Below are positions 1-9,198 of a stretch of DNA of 33,165 nucleotides, in pieces. The notes beneath the pieces were generated by a model. That model saw only the letters and a program-made list of their open reading frames with translations. It was not told the origin of the DNA and searched no databases. The position numbers and the translations under genes were made by a program. Source of the DNA: an uncultured virus (IMG/VR IMGVR_UViG_3300030099_003764). Lineage: Duplodnaviria > Heunggongvirae > Uroviricota > Caudoviricetes. The stretch's first letter is position 1. Each line of letters starts with the position of its first letter. The DNA lies in IMG/VR virus record IMGVR_UViG_3300030099_003764; one strand, written 5' to 3'.

Positions 1-11
1 AAGGTGGTAAT

Positions 12-338
12 ATGTCTTGGGAAGATATAATGAAAAAAGACTATGTAAATGTAGATGAAGAACTAGAAGATTTAGAAAATCAAGCAGAAGAGTATCAGCG
101 ATTAGCACTCGCTCTCGGTCAAATAGCCAAAATCGCAATACAAGGTCATACCTATGCTAACATGCCTGAAGACAAAAGAGAAGTATTTGATAAGGCGATA
201 GCGGGAATGGAAGAGATGGAAAAACAAGCGGAAAAAGCCAAAAAAGCATATAATGACGCAATAAAAAATATGGCTAAATTATTAGGTACTGAAAATACTG
301 CTAAAGATGTAAAGGACTTTATTCAGAATAATATGTGA
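12..338 (+). CDS. Hypothetical coiled-coil protein with N-terminal MSWEDIMK tag
   Basis: ORF with AGGTGG RBS at 2-7; helical E/K/A-rich sequence. Confidence 0.8.
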   Translation: MSWEDIMKKDYVNVDEELEDLENQAEEYQRLALALGQIAKIAIQGHTYANMPEDKREVFDKAIAGMEEMEKQAEKAKKAYNDAIKNMAKLLGTENTAKDVKDFIQNNM

Positions 339-347
339 GATGATGCT

Positions 348-716
348 ATGACATGGTTTGATGTAGTTAAGATTCTAACTCCAAGACAGTTTCTTGAGTC
401 TTTAGAGATAGATGGTATCATTAAAGGTAAAGCCGGTAAATACGGTACTAACATGGAATTAGTTAGTGATGATATTGTTATCAAGATTAGACAAGACAAG
501 TACGGGATGAACAGTGTTAATGTCAATGAAAAGAGGTTTGCATCCCATGACCTAAACAAGATATTAGTAGCGGTAAAGAAGGAATTGAAAGAAGATTCTT
601 ATACCGATGCTTTACTAAGAGAAGCAGGGGTAGTGGATTCCGGCAAGGCCGGTATCATTAATGTGAGATATTCACCAAAAAAGGAGGATGAAGAAGATGG
701 CGAAAAAGAAGACTAA
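348..716 (+). CDS. Hypothetical protein with N-terminal MTWFDVVK tag
   Basis: ORF in operon; acidic C-terminus. Confidence 0.75.
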   Translation: MTWFDVVKILTPRQFLESLEIDGIIKGKAGKYGTNMELVSDDIVIKIRQDKYGMNSVNVNEKRFASHDLNKILVAVKKELKEDSYTDALLREAGVVDSGKAGIINVRYSPKKEDEEDGEKED

Positions 717-1806
717 GAAGAGTCCTTCGGGGGATGGCTATGGTAATACCATAGAATCAGAACCTTTGACATTTAGAAAAGCATACTTAGAGTGGGAAAA
801 TAAGTGTAAGGGTATCAGTGCTAAAGAGATACAATCAGAAGGTAGAAAGGGAGTAAGAAGTGTTCCTCCTAATTTATTTGAACAGATTCAAGAGCATGTG
901 ACGGCGGCATTTAGACGACCCGAATCAAGCAATGATGGTACTAAAGGTGCCTATGTTTTGATAGATGATATAATCAAAGCACTCAAAGATGATAAGTTGT
1001 TTTTGGAAAATGAGAGAGATAATCTTGAAAAGTTTCAGAAGGATATGGGAGTATTCCTCAAGGCTAACAGTAAATTAAATCCAAGTAATATTGAGTTTAA
1101 TAGGCCGGAAACATACGATGTAGTGAACGGCAAAGTAGTCAATGAAAGTGAAGACACAATCACCATTTACGGGCATTATGTTGATAAGTATTTTATAGAT
1201 AAATACCCTAAGAAAAAGTATAAGGTAATGCCAAGTTGGTCGAGTAGAAATAAAAATGAATCTAATCCACCATACAAGCAAGCATTGTTTGGTGGTGGCG
1301 ATTTACTCGGAGAAGGTGAAGGTCTTTTAGATGTAATAGAATTAGCACTAAAAGAGTTAGATGAGAAGGTTATCGAACTTTATACTATTGGAATTAAAAG
1401 AGCATCTGCTTTAGCAAGACTACCTTCGGTTCAATCATGGGTTAGACGCAATATCAAAAAGAAACAATTCTATCCTTCTAATAGTGGTAAAATCAATTTG
1501 CGCCAAATAGGTGAAGCACTACTAACTCAAGAGTTTCCTATCAAGAACGATATAGAACAAAGAATGGTAACTATAGCGGCTACAAATAAAGACATTGAGT
1601 TTGCACAAAAAATAGAGAGATTCAAAGTCGGGCGAATAAGCAATCAAGTTATGGCTACTCTGATTAGAGAAGTTATTTCAAGAGGCAAAGAAGAAAACAT
1701 TAGAGTTAAAAATGGCTACTATCTACAATTAAGGGGATTATCTGACCCTCCTTCTGAAACATGGAAAGAAATCAAAAAGAGTTGGATGCAACATTTATGG
1801 GCGTGA
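697..1806 (+). CDS. Hypothetical protein (C-terminal WKEIKKSW motif)
   Basis: Long ORF 688..1806; GGAGG at 683-687 favours ATG 697. Confidence 0.8.
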   Translation: MAKKKTKKSPSGDGYGNTIESEPLTFRKAYLEWENKCKGISAKEIQSEGRKGVRSVPPNLFEQIQEHVTAAFRRPESSNDGTKGAYVLIDDIIKALKDDKLFLENERDNLEKFQKDMGVFLKANSKLNPSNIEFNRPETYDVVNGKVVNESEDTITIYGHYVDKYFIDKYPKKKYKVMPSWSSRNKNESNPPYKQALFGGGDLLGEGEGLLDVIELALKELDEKVIELYTIGIKRASALARLPSVQSWVRRNIKKKQFYPSNSGKINLRQIGEALLTQEFPIKNDIEQRMVTIAATNKDIEFAQKIERFKVGRISNQVMATLIREVISRGKEENIRVKNGYYLQLRGLSDPPSETWKEIKKSWMQHLWA

Positions 1807-2067
1807 TTAAATGAGTTGGGAAGATATAATGAAAGATAATAAAATGTTAAAGTCACTTATAGATAAGTATGAGAAAAAGATGGATTTAGAGAAACCAATA
1901 CAGTATCTTAATGAAAACATATTTGAAGCCTATCAACAGTTTCAAGGGGATTTACCAGACGAAATCCTAAATGAAAAGGAATTGATTGGCTTATTTAGAG
2001 AAATAGTTTTAGAAGAAATTGATTCAATGTTAAGGTGATTAAATGAATTGGGAAGATATAATTAAAG
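1803..2067 (+). repeat. Direct repeat pair (1803-1835 and 2035-2067) spanning stop/RBS/tag
   Basis: gtgattaaatgagttgggaagatataatgaaag vs gtgattaaatgaattgggaagatataattaaag; 31/33 identical by hand. Confidence 0.85.
1811..2038 (+). CDS. Small hypothetical protein with MSWEDIMK tag
   Basis: ORF preceded by GTGATTAA; flanked by 33-nt direct repeats. Confidence 0.75.
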   Translation: MSWEDIMKDNKMLKSLIDKYEKKMDLEKPIQYLNENIFEAYQQFQGDLPDEILNEKELIGLFREIVLEEIDSMLR

Positions 2068-2411
2068 TTGGGTATATCCCATCAGATGCAAGAAAAAGAA
2101 GCGCACCGACAATAAATTGGTTAGATGCTTTTGATAAGTTTGGATTTGATGACGGGGCAGAAAATACAGGGCAGACAGAAGAGATTGCTGAGTTTTTACG
2201 AAAGAATGGATATTTAGCACACTTAGTCGAAGCCGGAGGACATAATACTTACATTTCAGCAGTAATAGAAAAGGGAGAAGGAATCGCTTATCCTAAAGAT
2301 GGAATAAAGTTTCGCCGTAGTCCTGATAGAGAATATTTCAAATCCGAATTATTGAAGTTATTAGATGGTAAATACGGTAAATCAATGAAGTCAGAACACA
2401 TTAAGAGTTGA
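2043..2411 (+). CDS. Hypothetical protein with MNWEDIIK tag
   Basis: AGGTGAT RBS at 2033-2039. Confidence 0.8.
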   Translation: MNWEDIIKVGYIPSDARKRSAPTINWLDAFDKFGFDDGAENTGQTEEIAEFLRKNGYLAHLVEAGGHNTYISAVIEKGEGIAYPKDGIKFRRSPDREYFKSELLKLLDGKYGKSMKSEHIKS

Positions 2412-2416
2412 TTTAA

Positions 2417-3073
2417 ATGATAACCCGCAAACGATGTTCTGTCTGTCAGCATGAAGATAGAGAAGAAATTGAAGCCGCATTAGAAGGCGGATTCATTTCT
2501 TGTGATGATATGGATAAAAGACATGATTGGAGAAGTGGTTCATCAGCCCAACACATGAGAAATCATATGGGAGATTATACAAACAGTAGTAATCCCAAAT
2601 GTAAATTATGCACAGACCCAATGAGAAAGCATTACGAAGAAGCACTTTCAAACGGGAATATAACTGCTGATGGCGTTTCACAGGCTCTCGGTGTCACGAA
2701 AGAGCAGGTGCAAAGGCACATGAAGCACCACTTGGCACCGTTGGTTCAGCAATCTGCCGCCAGCATTATAGCGAAAAAGGAAGTAAATGAAATTGAATTG
2801 CTAAGTGCTAACATACAAAGGCTTGATACGAAGTTAGATGAGTTATTCAGAAATACAGAATTAGAGCCAAGAGAGATAGATAGCCTAACTAAACTTGCAA
2901 AAGAAGTTAGAGAGAGTTTGAAGTATCTTATGGAGTTTAAGGGTAAATTGGTTCACAAGCGGCAAGATACAATTATTGTTGCACAGATGCAAATTGTTCA
3001 AGAAGTGCTTGCACAGAACAATCCTGAGATTTGGTTAGATATTAAGAAGAAAATGCAGGAGAAACTACAATGA
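2417..3073 (+). CDS. Tandem Zn-finger/HTH plus coiled-coil protein; candidate terminase small subunit
   Basis: Two repeats CxxC-(~35 aa)-HMxxH (CSVC..HMRNH; CKLC..HMKHH) followed by helical oligomerisation-like region; lies upstream of terL. TerS call is inference. Confidence 0.5.
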   Translation: MITRKRCSVCQHEDREEIEAALEGGFISCDDMDKRHDWRSGSSAQHMRNHMGDYTNSSNPKCKLCTDPMRKHYEEALSNGNITADGVSQALGVTKEQVQRHMKHHLAPLVQQSAASIIAKKEVNEIELLSANIQRLDTKLDELFRNTELEPREIDSLTKLAKEVRESLKYLMEFKGKLVHKRQDTIIVAQMQIVQEVLAQNNPEIWLDIKKKMQEKLQ

Positions 3074-3323
3074 GTTGGGAAGACATAATTAAGAACGAAG
3101 AAAAAGTATCTAATTTTATTAAACTAGCAAAAAATAATATGGACAAGTTTAATGAAGATGAGAAAATAATGGTTAACTATTTAATTAATTTTTTAGAAGA
3201 TAAATATGACAGAAACATATTTGAAGCACTAAGGTTTGAATTAAAGAAAAAAGACCTAATTCATGCTAAATCAAGATTTTTAATGAAGGAGAAATTACAA
3301 TGAGTTGGAAAGATATTATTAAA
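3053..3323 (+). repeat. Direct repeat pair (3053-3093 and 3283-3323) spanning gene end and tag
   Basis: atgcaggagaaactacaatgagttgggaagacataattaag vs atgaaggagaaattacaatgagttggaaagatattattaaa; 35/41 identical by hand. Confidence 0.85.
3070..3303 (+). CDS. Small hypothetical protein with MSWEDIIK tag
   Basis: ATGA overlaps at both ends; flanked by 41-nt direct repeats. Confidence 0.75.
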   Translation: MSWEDIIKNEEKVSNFIKLAKNNMDKFNEDEKIMVNYLINFLEDKYDRNIFEALRFELKKKDLIHAKSRFLMKEKLQ

Positions 3324-3572
3324 CAAGTTAATAAAGATAAAATAAAAGAGATTAGAGAGTTTCTTTTTGCTTATGGGCACCCCGATGATGATGAAGAAGC
3401 ATTAGAAATGGGTAAAAAAATAGACGAGGCTATGGAAGATATGCCAAGAAGAAAAGGCTTTCATAGACTTGCTCACAAACCACCACGCTCACATAAAGAT
3501 AAGAAAACAAGGGATAAATATTGGCAAATAATTCATGAATATTTAGATGCGTTAGAAGGGGAATTACAATAG
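3300..3572 (+). CDS. Small hypothetical protein with MSWKDIIK tag
   Basis: ATGA overlap; GGAG RBS. Confidence 0.75.
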   Translation: MSWKDIIKQVNKDKIKEIREFLFAYGHPDDDEEALEMGKKIDEAMEDMPRRKGFHRLAHKPPRSHKDKKTRDKYWQIIHEYLDALEGELQ

Positions 3573-3580
3573 GTGATTCT

Positions 3581-5635
3581 ATGGTAAGGCAGTGGCCGGA
3601 TAATTATATGGGTTTATTTGCCATATTGTCTGATGATAATGCTACTGATGAAATGCTTAAAATAAAATCCGGTAAAAAGAATACAGGGATGAGTTTTGTT
3701 AATAGTTTTGTAAATGAAATGAACGAGTTTGTCCGTGTTGATGATATTTCTGATGATTTTGACACTGAAGAATATATGAAGGAAAAAGGTGCCGGAACAT
3801 TACTAAGTACATTTAGTGGATTAAGAGAAAAAATCAAATTTTTAGACAAAATAGAAGATAATATCGTAAAACTTGTTCAAGAAGTTAAAGGGAGAAGGGG
3901 CCGAAGTAAGTTAGATTTATTAATTTCTAATATTTTAGAAGAAAAAGACGATGTTAAGGCCAATCTTGTTAAATTACAGAAAATTATTCCTAATCTAAGT
4001 AAAGATAATATGAAACAATTAAGAAAAAGACACTTAAATGAGCGAAATAAGCAAAAATTAATCGAAATCTACTCAAAAAACCAAGATAAACTAACCGAAG
4101 ATGACTTCAATGACGAAGAAAAAGTCAATATAGACCAATCTTTACTAAAAATAACTGCATCAGCAAGTGTTTTTGACAATAATGAGTTAAAAGCCATTAA
4201 ACAAGGCGCAAAAAAGATGGATTTTAAGGTAAAATTAGAGAAAAATAGAATAATTATGCTAAAAATACTTCCATCAAGAACCGCTAAGAGTAAAGAAGTG
4301 AGAGATGCGCTTTTAACGGCAACAGTTGGTGATTTATTTTCAAAGGAAAGGGGTGGAAAAGCCGCAGATATTGAAATAATCATAGACCACTCAGATATTA
4401 GGAATCTTTTGATAGAAAAAGACAAGGTTCTTAGAGATATTGCCTCAACAGAATCTATTTTAGAAGAACAGGGAAGTACATTAGTGGCGGAAGAAACTAT
4501 TGATGAAGATAGACTTGAAGATTATATCAAATTAATTAAGCGTGGACTTTTGAAGCCCACTGCTACAAAGGCATTGACTTCTTTTAACTTAAATGGAACT
4601 TCATTATATGAAAAGGTCTTTGATGGTAATTCCGCAAAAAAGAACCATAATATGTCACCATACTTGGCTAAAGTATTAACAGGTTCAAGTGACAATCCTT
4701 TTGATGAGGCTATGGATAATAATGCTAAGGAAAGCATACTGCCGGAAAGAGTATTTAGAGAATATGTATCACAAAGAGATGGTTGGAGAGAATCATACAA
4801 GGGTCAAAGAACACCCGACCAATTAGGAAAAGATACTGCGGCAGGTAAAAACTACTTTGATGAATATGATAAATTAATTGAAGGCGGTACTGCGGGAGTA
4901 ATTAGCAAACATCTTGCTGACTTTTTGGTAACGAGAAATACCATAACAAAAGAAGAAAGGGATGGCTTCGATATAATAAACAAGGACTCTAAACCAAGCC
5001 ATCAATTGTTAGTAATCAAAAATATTGGAAAAAGAAGAGTAACTGAAATATTCGGGGGTAGCGAAAGCCCTACATTTCAGAGAAGATACAGAAGATGGTT
5101 AGAAAGTAATAATCTAACTGATAATCGTCAAGGCAAATTAGACAGGTTTAGAAAAGATGTAAATGTTGAAGGAATTGATTTCAGCAAGGAGTCAAAAGCG
5201 GTGGCGGCTATCTATTCTATTCTGATGAAAGAACCTTTGTTAGCCTTCTTTGGTTCAAGAACCGAACTCAAAAATATGTTTAGAGCATTTAATATAAACA
5301 ATGGACTGAAGGTATATTATCACATTATTAGCCTTATGACTAATGTAGATTTGAAGTCCGAAGTGCAAAAGATAGACTCAATGGTAGATAGAAAGAAGGG
5401 GGAGAAACCTTCATTAGATAACAATTCCTCCCTTCTTGCATCGGTTAAGGCTCTTGCTGACAAACTCAATACAGGTTTGGTCGAGTTTAAGAGGTCTTTT
5501 ACAGAAGCGTTAAAGCAAAGATTGAAGGATATAGAAGAAAAACCTAAGCAATATCTTGTTATACATAAGAATGATGATATTAAAAAATTATTAGTTGCTT
5601 CTAATTTAATGAATGAAAAGGTGGTTGAAGAATGA
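3581..5635 (+). CDS. Large K/E/D-rich hypothetical protein (684 aa)
   Basis: Long ORF, AGGTGAT RBS at 3571-3577; no motif recognised. Confidence 0.85.
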   Translation: MVRQWPDNYMGLFAILSDDNATDEMLKIKSGKKNTGMSFVNSFVNEMNEFVRVDDISDDFDTEEYMKEKGAGTLLSTFSGLREKIKFLDKIEDNIVKLVQEVKGRRGRSKLDLLISNILEEKDDVKANLVKLQKIIPNLSKDNMKQLRKRHLNERNKQKLIEIYSKNQDKLTEDDFNDEEKVNIDQSLLKITASASVFDNNELKAIKQGAKKMDFKVKLEKNRIIMLKILPSRTAKSKEVRDALLTATVGDLFSKERGGKAADIEIIIDHSDIRNLLIEKDKVLRDIASTESILEEQGSTLVAEETIDEDRLEDYIKLIKRGLLKPTATKALTSFNLNGTSLYEKVFDGNSAKKNHNMSPYLAKVLTGSSDNPFDEAMDNNAKESILPERVFREYVSQRDGWRESYKGQRTPDQLGKDTAAGKNYFDEYDKLIEGGTAGVISKHLADFLVTRNTITKEERDGFDIINKDSKPSHQLLVIKNIGKRRVTEIFGGSESPTFQRRYRRWLESNNLTDNRQGKLDRFRKDVNVEGIDFSKESKAVAAIYSILMKEPLLAFFGSRTELKNMFRAFNINNGLKVYYHIISLMTNVDLKSEVQKIDSMVDRKKGEKPSLDNNSSLLASVKALADKLNTGLVEFKRSFTEALKQRLKDIEEKPKQYLVIHKNDDIKKLLVASNLMNEKVVEE

Positions 5636-8202
5636 TTTTAGACAATCATGTAAAAGATTCTAAAAAGGTCTTAGAAGAACTTGAAACCGAGTTTAAGAAA
5701 AAGAATGTCGGTAATAATAAAGCCGAAAGAAGAAGAATCATTTATAATGAAATGGATGATTTTATTTTCGACCTTGTTGAAAATAATACTGAGGATTTAG
5801 ATGATGCCACCGTTGATGACATTATGGAAGAATTGAAAGAATATCTTATGGGTTTGAAAACTACTAAAGTTGCTGGTGAGATTGAAGAAAAAAGCGCCGA
5901 GTTTTTGCAAAAACTACCACTAAGCAATATATTATATGAAGGAACGCCCATTGCTGGACAAAGGAATATTCTTCTAACAAAGGGATTTAATGCAAATGCT
6001 ATTTCTGTTAAAGAAGGCAGAACAGTTAAAATAGATAGATTAGAAACCAAAATCAAAGAACAAAAAAGAATAGTAGATTCACTTAAAGAAGCAGAAAAAT
6101 TAATAGAAAATCCAATAAAAACACAATTCATAAAAACTCATGTATTTACCAACCTAAGAAATATGACAAAAAGAATCCGTAGAGTAATGAAAGAAGGCAC
6201 AAGGGAATATAAGGTGTCTAAGTTTGAATTACACTTAGATAAGATATTTGGTACTGAAACAGGGAAGTTCAAAGACCTAAAAGAAAGAGAGGCTACTTAT
6301 CAATATTGGTCTGAAATTAAAGATGAAGAAGATAAGATGATTAAAAATCTAAAAGAACTCTTAACTACACTAAAAGAAGTAAAAACTGAAATAGAAGGCA
6401 GAGAAGAAGAAAATAAAGCCATTAGCGAGTTTGTTAATTTTGTTGAAAAAAATATTGACAAACTAACTTATGTTGATATGTTTGAGCCGGTGTTCGATTC
6501 TTTAGAAGATATAGAAGTAAGGGCAGTAAAAATATTGAAGGACTTTGCCGAAGTCTACGGCATTAATATGAGTATGACAGGTCAAGAAGAAGGACTACAA
6601 ACTCAATATGAAGATGATGAGCCTTCTGACGATGAGGATGAGGAAAAGCCCTCAAGTGCTGGTGAAGGAGATACAATCAATCCTCAAGCCAAAGAATCAA
6701 TAGCAGAACTTGAACAAAATCTATCAGATGAACAGGAGTTTGACCCTCTTGGACTGTTGGTTTTGAAAGAAGATTTAGGTGCCTTTGCCGCAATATATGG
6801 TGAAGTAGAAGAATTGAAATCACTTGTCAAAGAGAAAAAAGAACGATTTGCTTTAGACCAAGACGATGAAGAAGCCGTCTTTGAAACCTTTGTTGATAAG
6901 ATTGAAGCAGTTGAACAGTATGTAGATGAATCAGTGTTCAGAACTAAAACATTCCCACTACCTATCTTTGCTGCAAACCTTCCGGCTCTTAGAATACACT
7001 ACAAAAAAGTAGGTTCGGAAATAAATGTAAGAACACAAAACATAGACAGGTTCTTGGAATTATTTGTAAATCTAATAGAAAAGGACAAGACTCTATTTCC
7101 GCAAGATGTAGGATTACAAATGGCTGGCGCAGGTTCGGGGCCGTTAAGTGAACAGTTGAAATTACCTGCGGGTAAAAGCGGAAAGAAGCCAAGTCCTAAA
7201 AGACAGTTTAGATACCTAAATACTGTTATTGGTGCAAAAGGTAGTCTAAGGGAGAACTTCTCATACACTACAAAAATTGATAATAAGATAGCAGAACAAA
7301 TTGATGCTCTTATCAAACCAATGGTTGAGATTTACTTAGGCCCACAATTTACTATTCACTCAGCAGGTATGGATTTACCATTTACAGACAATGCCGCTAT
7401 GAGAATTATTTCATCATACAAGGACTTGGATGCTAAGTACATTAATTACCAAGCACTGAATAAGAAGTTTGCTGAATATGGAGAAGCGTTGATTAAAGAT
7501 AGTGAGGCAAAAAGATTGTTGGAGTTCACTAATCTTTTGACGAAGGGAGATACTATACAGAATCTAAATACATTAGAGGAAAAGGGAGCAAAGTTTGTTA
7601 AGGGAGTGTATAGAATATTCAAAGATATAGATGAGGAAACCAAAAGCAAGACGGCTAACAATGCACTTAAAGATAGAATCCATAGAGAAGTCGCTTCACT
7701 GATTGGTTCAATAAAAATACTTTCTGATGATAAAGAGGATAGGCCGTTCCTTGTCGGGGCTACCTACAAGAAAAACATTAAGCCACTTGAAGAATACTCA
7801 AACTTAGGTGTGGATAGAGTTGGTGAAATCACTGCTATTAGGTCTTTATCACAATTGATAGCAAGCAGTAAAGGAGAGGCTATCATAGACAGTGACATCG
7901 GAGAAAAGTTGGTAGCCGACTTTAGAACCTTAGCAAAGAGCGAGATTAATGATAAACTATTGGCGGTGCATGATACTATTAGGTTACTAAAGAAGCAGCC
8001 TATTTACCATTCATTCAAGAGGCTGGATGATATAGACCATTTGGATTCTATGATTTCCAAGATGGAAAAGGACTACAACTTGGATATTTCAGCCAGCGAA
8101 ATAACCGGCATTGTCAATACAATCAATTCATTTGATAGTATTAGCAAAGCATACGGAATTAGCACAGAGCATGTGTATGTGATTAAGGCTAACTTTAGGT
8201 GA
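5632..8202 (+). CDS. Large acidic helical hypothetical protein (856 aa)
   Basis: Long ORF with ATGA overlap; acidic linker EDDEPSDDEDEE. Confidence 0.85.
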   Translation: MILDNHVKDSKKVLEELETEFKKKNVGNNKAERRRIIYNEMDDFIFDLVENNTEDLDDATVDDIMEELKEYLMGLKTTKVAGEIEEKSAEFLQKLPLSNILYEGTPIAGQRNILLTKGFNANAISVKEGRTVKIDRLETKIKEQKRIVDSLKEAEKLIENPIKTQFIKTHVFTNLRNMTKRIRRVMKEGTREYKVSKFELHLDKIFGTETGKFKDLKEREATYQYWSEIKDEEDKMIKNLKELLTTLKEVKTEIEGREEENKAISEFVNFVEKNIDKLTYVDMFEPVFDSLEDIEVRAVKILKDFAEVYGINMSMTGQEEGLQTQYEDDEPSDDEDEEKPSSAGEGDTINPQAKESIAELEQNLSDEQEFDPLGLLVLKEDLGAFAAIYGEVEELKSLVKEKKERFALDQDDEEAVFETFVDKIEAVEQYVDESVFRTKTFPLPIFAANLPALRIHYKKVGSEINVRTQNIDRFLELFVNLIEKDKTLFPQDVGLQMAGAGSGPLSEQLKLPAGKSGKKPSPKRQFRYLNTVIGAKGSLRENFSYTTKIDNKIAEQIDALIKPMVEIYLGPQFTIHSAGMDLPFTDNAAMRIISSYKDLDAKYINYQALNKKFAEYGEALIKDSEAKRLLEFTNLLTKGDTIQNLNTLEEKGAKFVKGVYRIFKDIDEETKSKTANNALKDRIHREVASLIGSIKILSDDKEDRPFLVGATYKKNIKPLEEYSNLGVDRVGEITAIRSLSQLIASSKGEAIIDSDIGEKLVADFRTLAKSEINDKLLAVHDTIRLLKKQPIYHSFKRLDDIDHLDSMISKMEKDYNLDISASEITGIVNTINSFDSISKAYGISTEHVYVIKANFR

Positions 8203-8206
8203 TAAT

Positions 8207-8743
8207 ATGTCTGATAAGGTCGTTGAGTTTTCTAATGAAGATGAGGTTATTGCTCGCTTCAAAGAAGATTGGCGAGGCAGGTCGGGCTATAACCCACGAA
8301 AAGGTAGACTACCGGACTTTTACACTGAAGGAATGAAATATTATGGTAGAGTAATTGACAATAAATTAGTCGGCGTAACGGGAATGATTGATAAAGAAGA
8401 TTATGTTATATTAGGAGGAACATGGATTCATCCCCAATATAGGAGAAATACTCCCAAACATAAGGAACACGGTTCTTCTTGGGCTAAAATAAAAATGAGA
8501 AGAGAGAATGAGATTCGTGGTAGGCCTAAGATTGCTGGTTTTAGATTTACAGGTGAAGATAAAAGTTTTGAGCAGGAGTGGGTTGATAAAAATAAAAAGA
8601 TATTCACTTTAGATTCACACGAAGATATACCCGAAGAAATGGTTAATCAGTTTAGAGAAAGATATGGTGATGCTTGGGGCATTGCTAAGATGTTCACAGA
8701 CTACGGAGAAAGAGAATGGAAAAATATTCTAAAAAGGTGGTAA
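8207..8743 (+). CDS. Putative GNAT-fold acetyltransferase
   Basis: YYGRVIDNKLVGVTGM...ILGGTWIHPQYRR resembles GNAT beta3-beta4/motif A (V.P.YR); C-terminal WKNILK. Confidence 0.55.
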   Translation: MSDKVVEFSNEDEVIARFKEDWRGRSGYNPRKGRLPDFYTEGMKYYGRVIDNKLVGVTGMIDKEDYVILGGTWIHPQYRRNTPKHKEHGSSWAKIKMRRENEIRGRPKIAGFRFTGEDKSFEQEWVDKNKKIFTLDSHEDIPEEMVNQFRERYGDAWGIAKMFTDYGEREWKNILKRW

Positions 8744-8744
8744 C

Positions 8745-9197
8745 ATGAGTTGGTGGAGTATAATAAAAATACTAAATGAACAAGGCGAGAACTTGATTGT
8801 AGAAGATGTTGATAAGTTTGTTGAAAGACTAAGAGCATCTGTTAGAGCAGTGGGCTTACAATATTTTGGTTCGATAAAAACCCCTGCAAGAGAAGGTGAA
8901 CCGAGAAAGGCTAACATTGTAGTTAAGGAGAGATACATAAGAGATAATCCAGCACTGCTAGAAATTAAGATAAGTGTTAGAAATCCCAACACAAAACAAA
9001 GAGAGTATTTTCAAATCCTAATGGAGGAAAATGATGAAGGTGATTTCTATTATCTAAGGGCTGAAGGGCCAAGCGTATTCCTAACTGAAAGTTCCAAAGT
9101 AAAGGATGAAAGCGCATTAATCATTATGATTTCTGATGCAGTAGAGAGGGTCATTAAAGCCCCAAGAAAGTTTAAGTCAGCATTTAGGAAAGATTAG
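8745..9197 (+). CDS. Hypothetical protein with MSWWSIIK tag
   Basis: AGGTGG RBS directly upstream; precedes terL. Confidence 0.8.
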   Translation: MSWWSIIKILNEQGENLIVEDVDKFVERLRASVRAVGLQYFGSIKTPAREGEPRKANIVVKERYIRDNPALLEIKISVRNPNTKQREYFQILMEENDEGDFYYLRAEGPSVFLTESSKVKDESALIIMISDAVERVIKAPRKFKSAFRKD

Positions 9198-9198
9198 A

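Noticed and set aside
1803..3323. Repeats as a CRISPR array or integron attC sites
   Set aside because: Copies are imperfect, ~230 nt apart, protein-coding and non-palindromic; no cas or integrase gene in the window.
3581..3610. MVRQWPDNY as another tag copy
   Set aside because: It has the W-x-D but lacks the hydrophobic pair and Lys; not counted.
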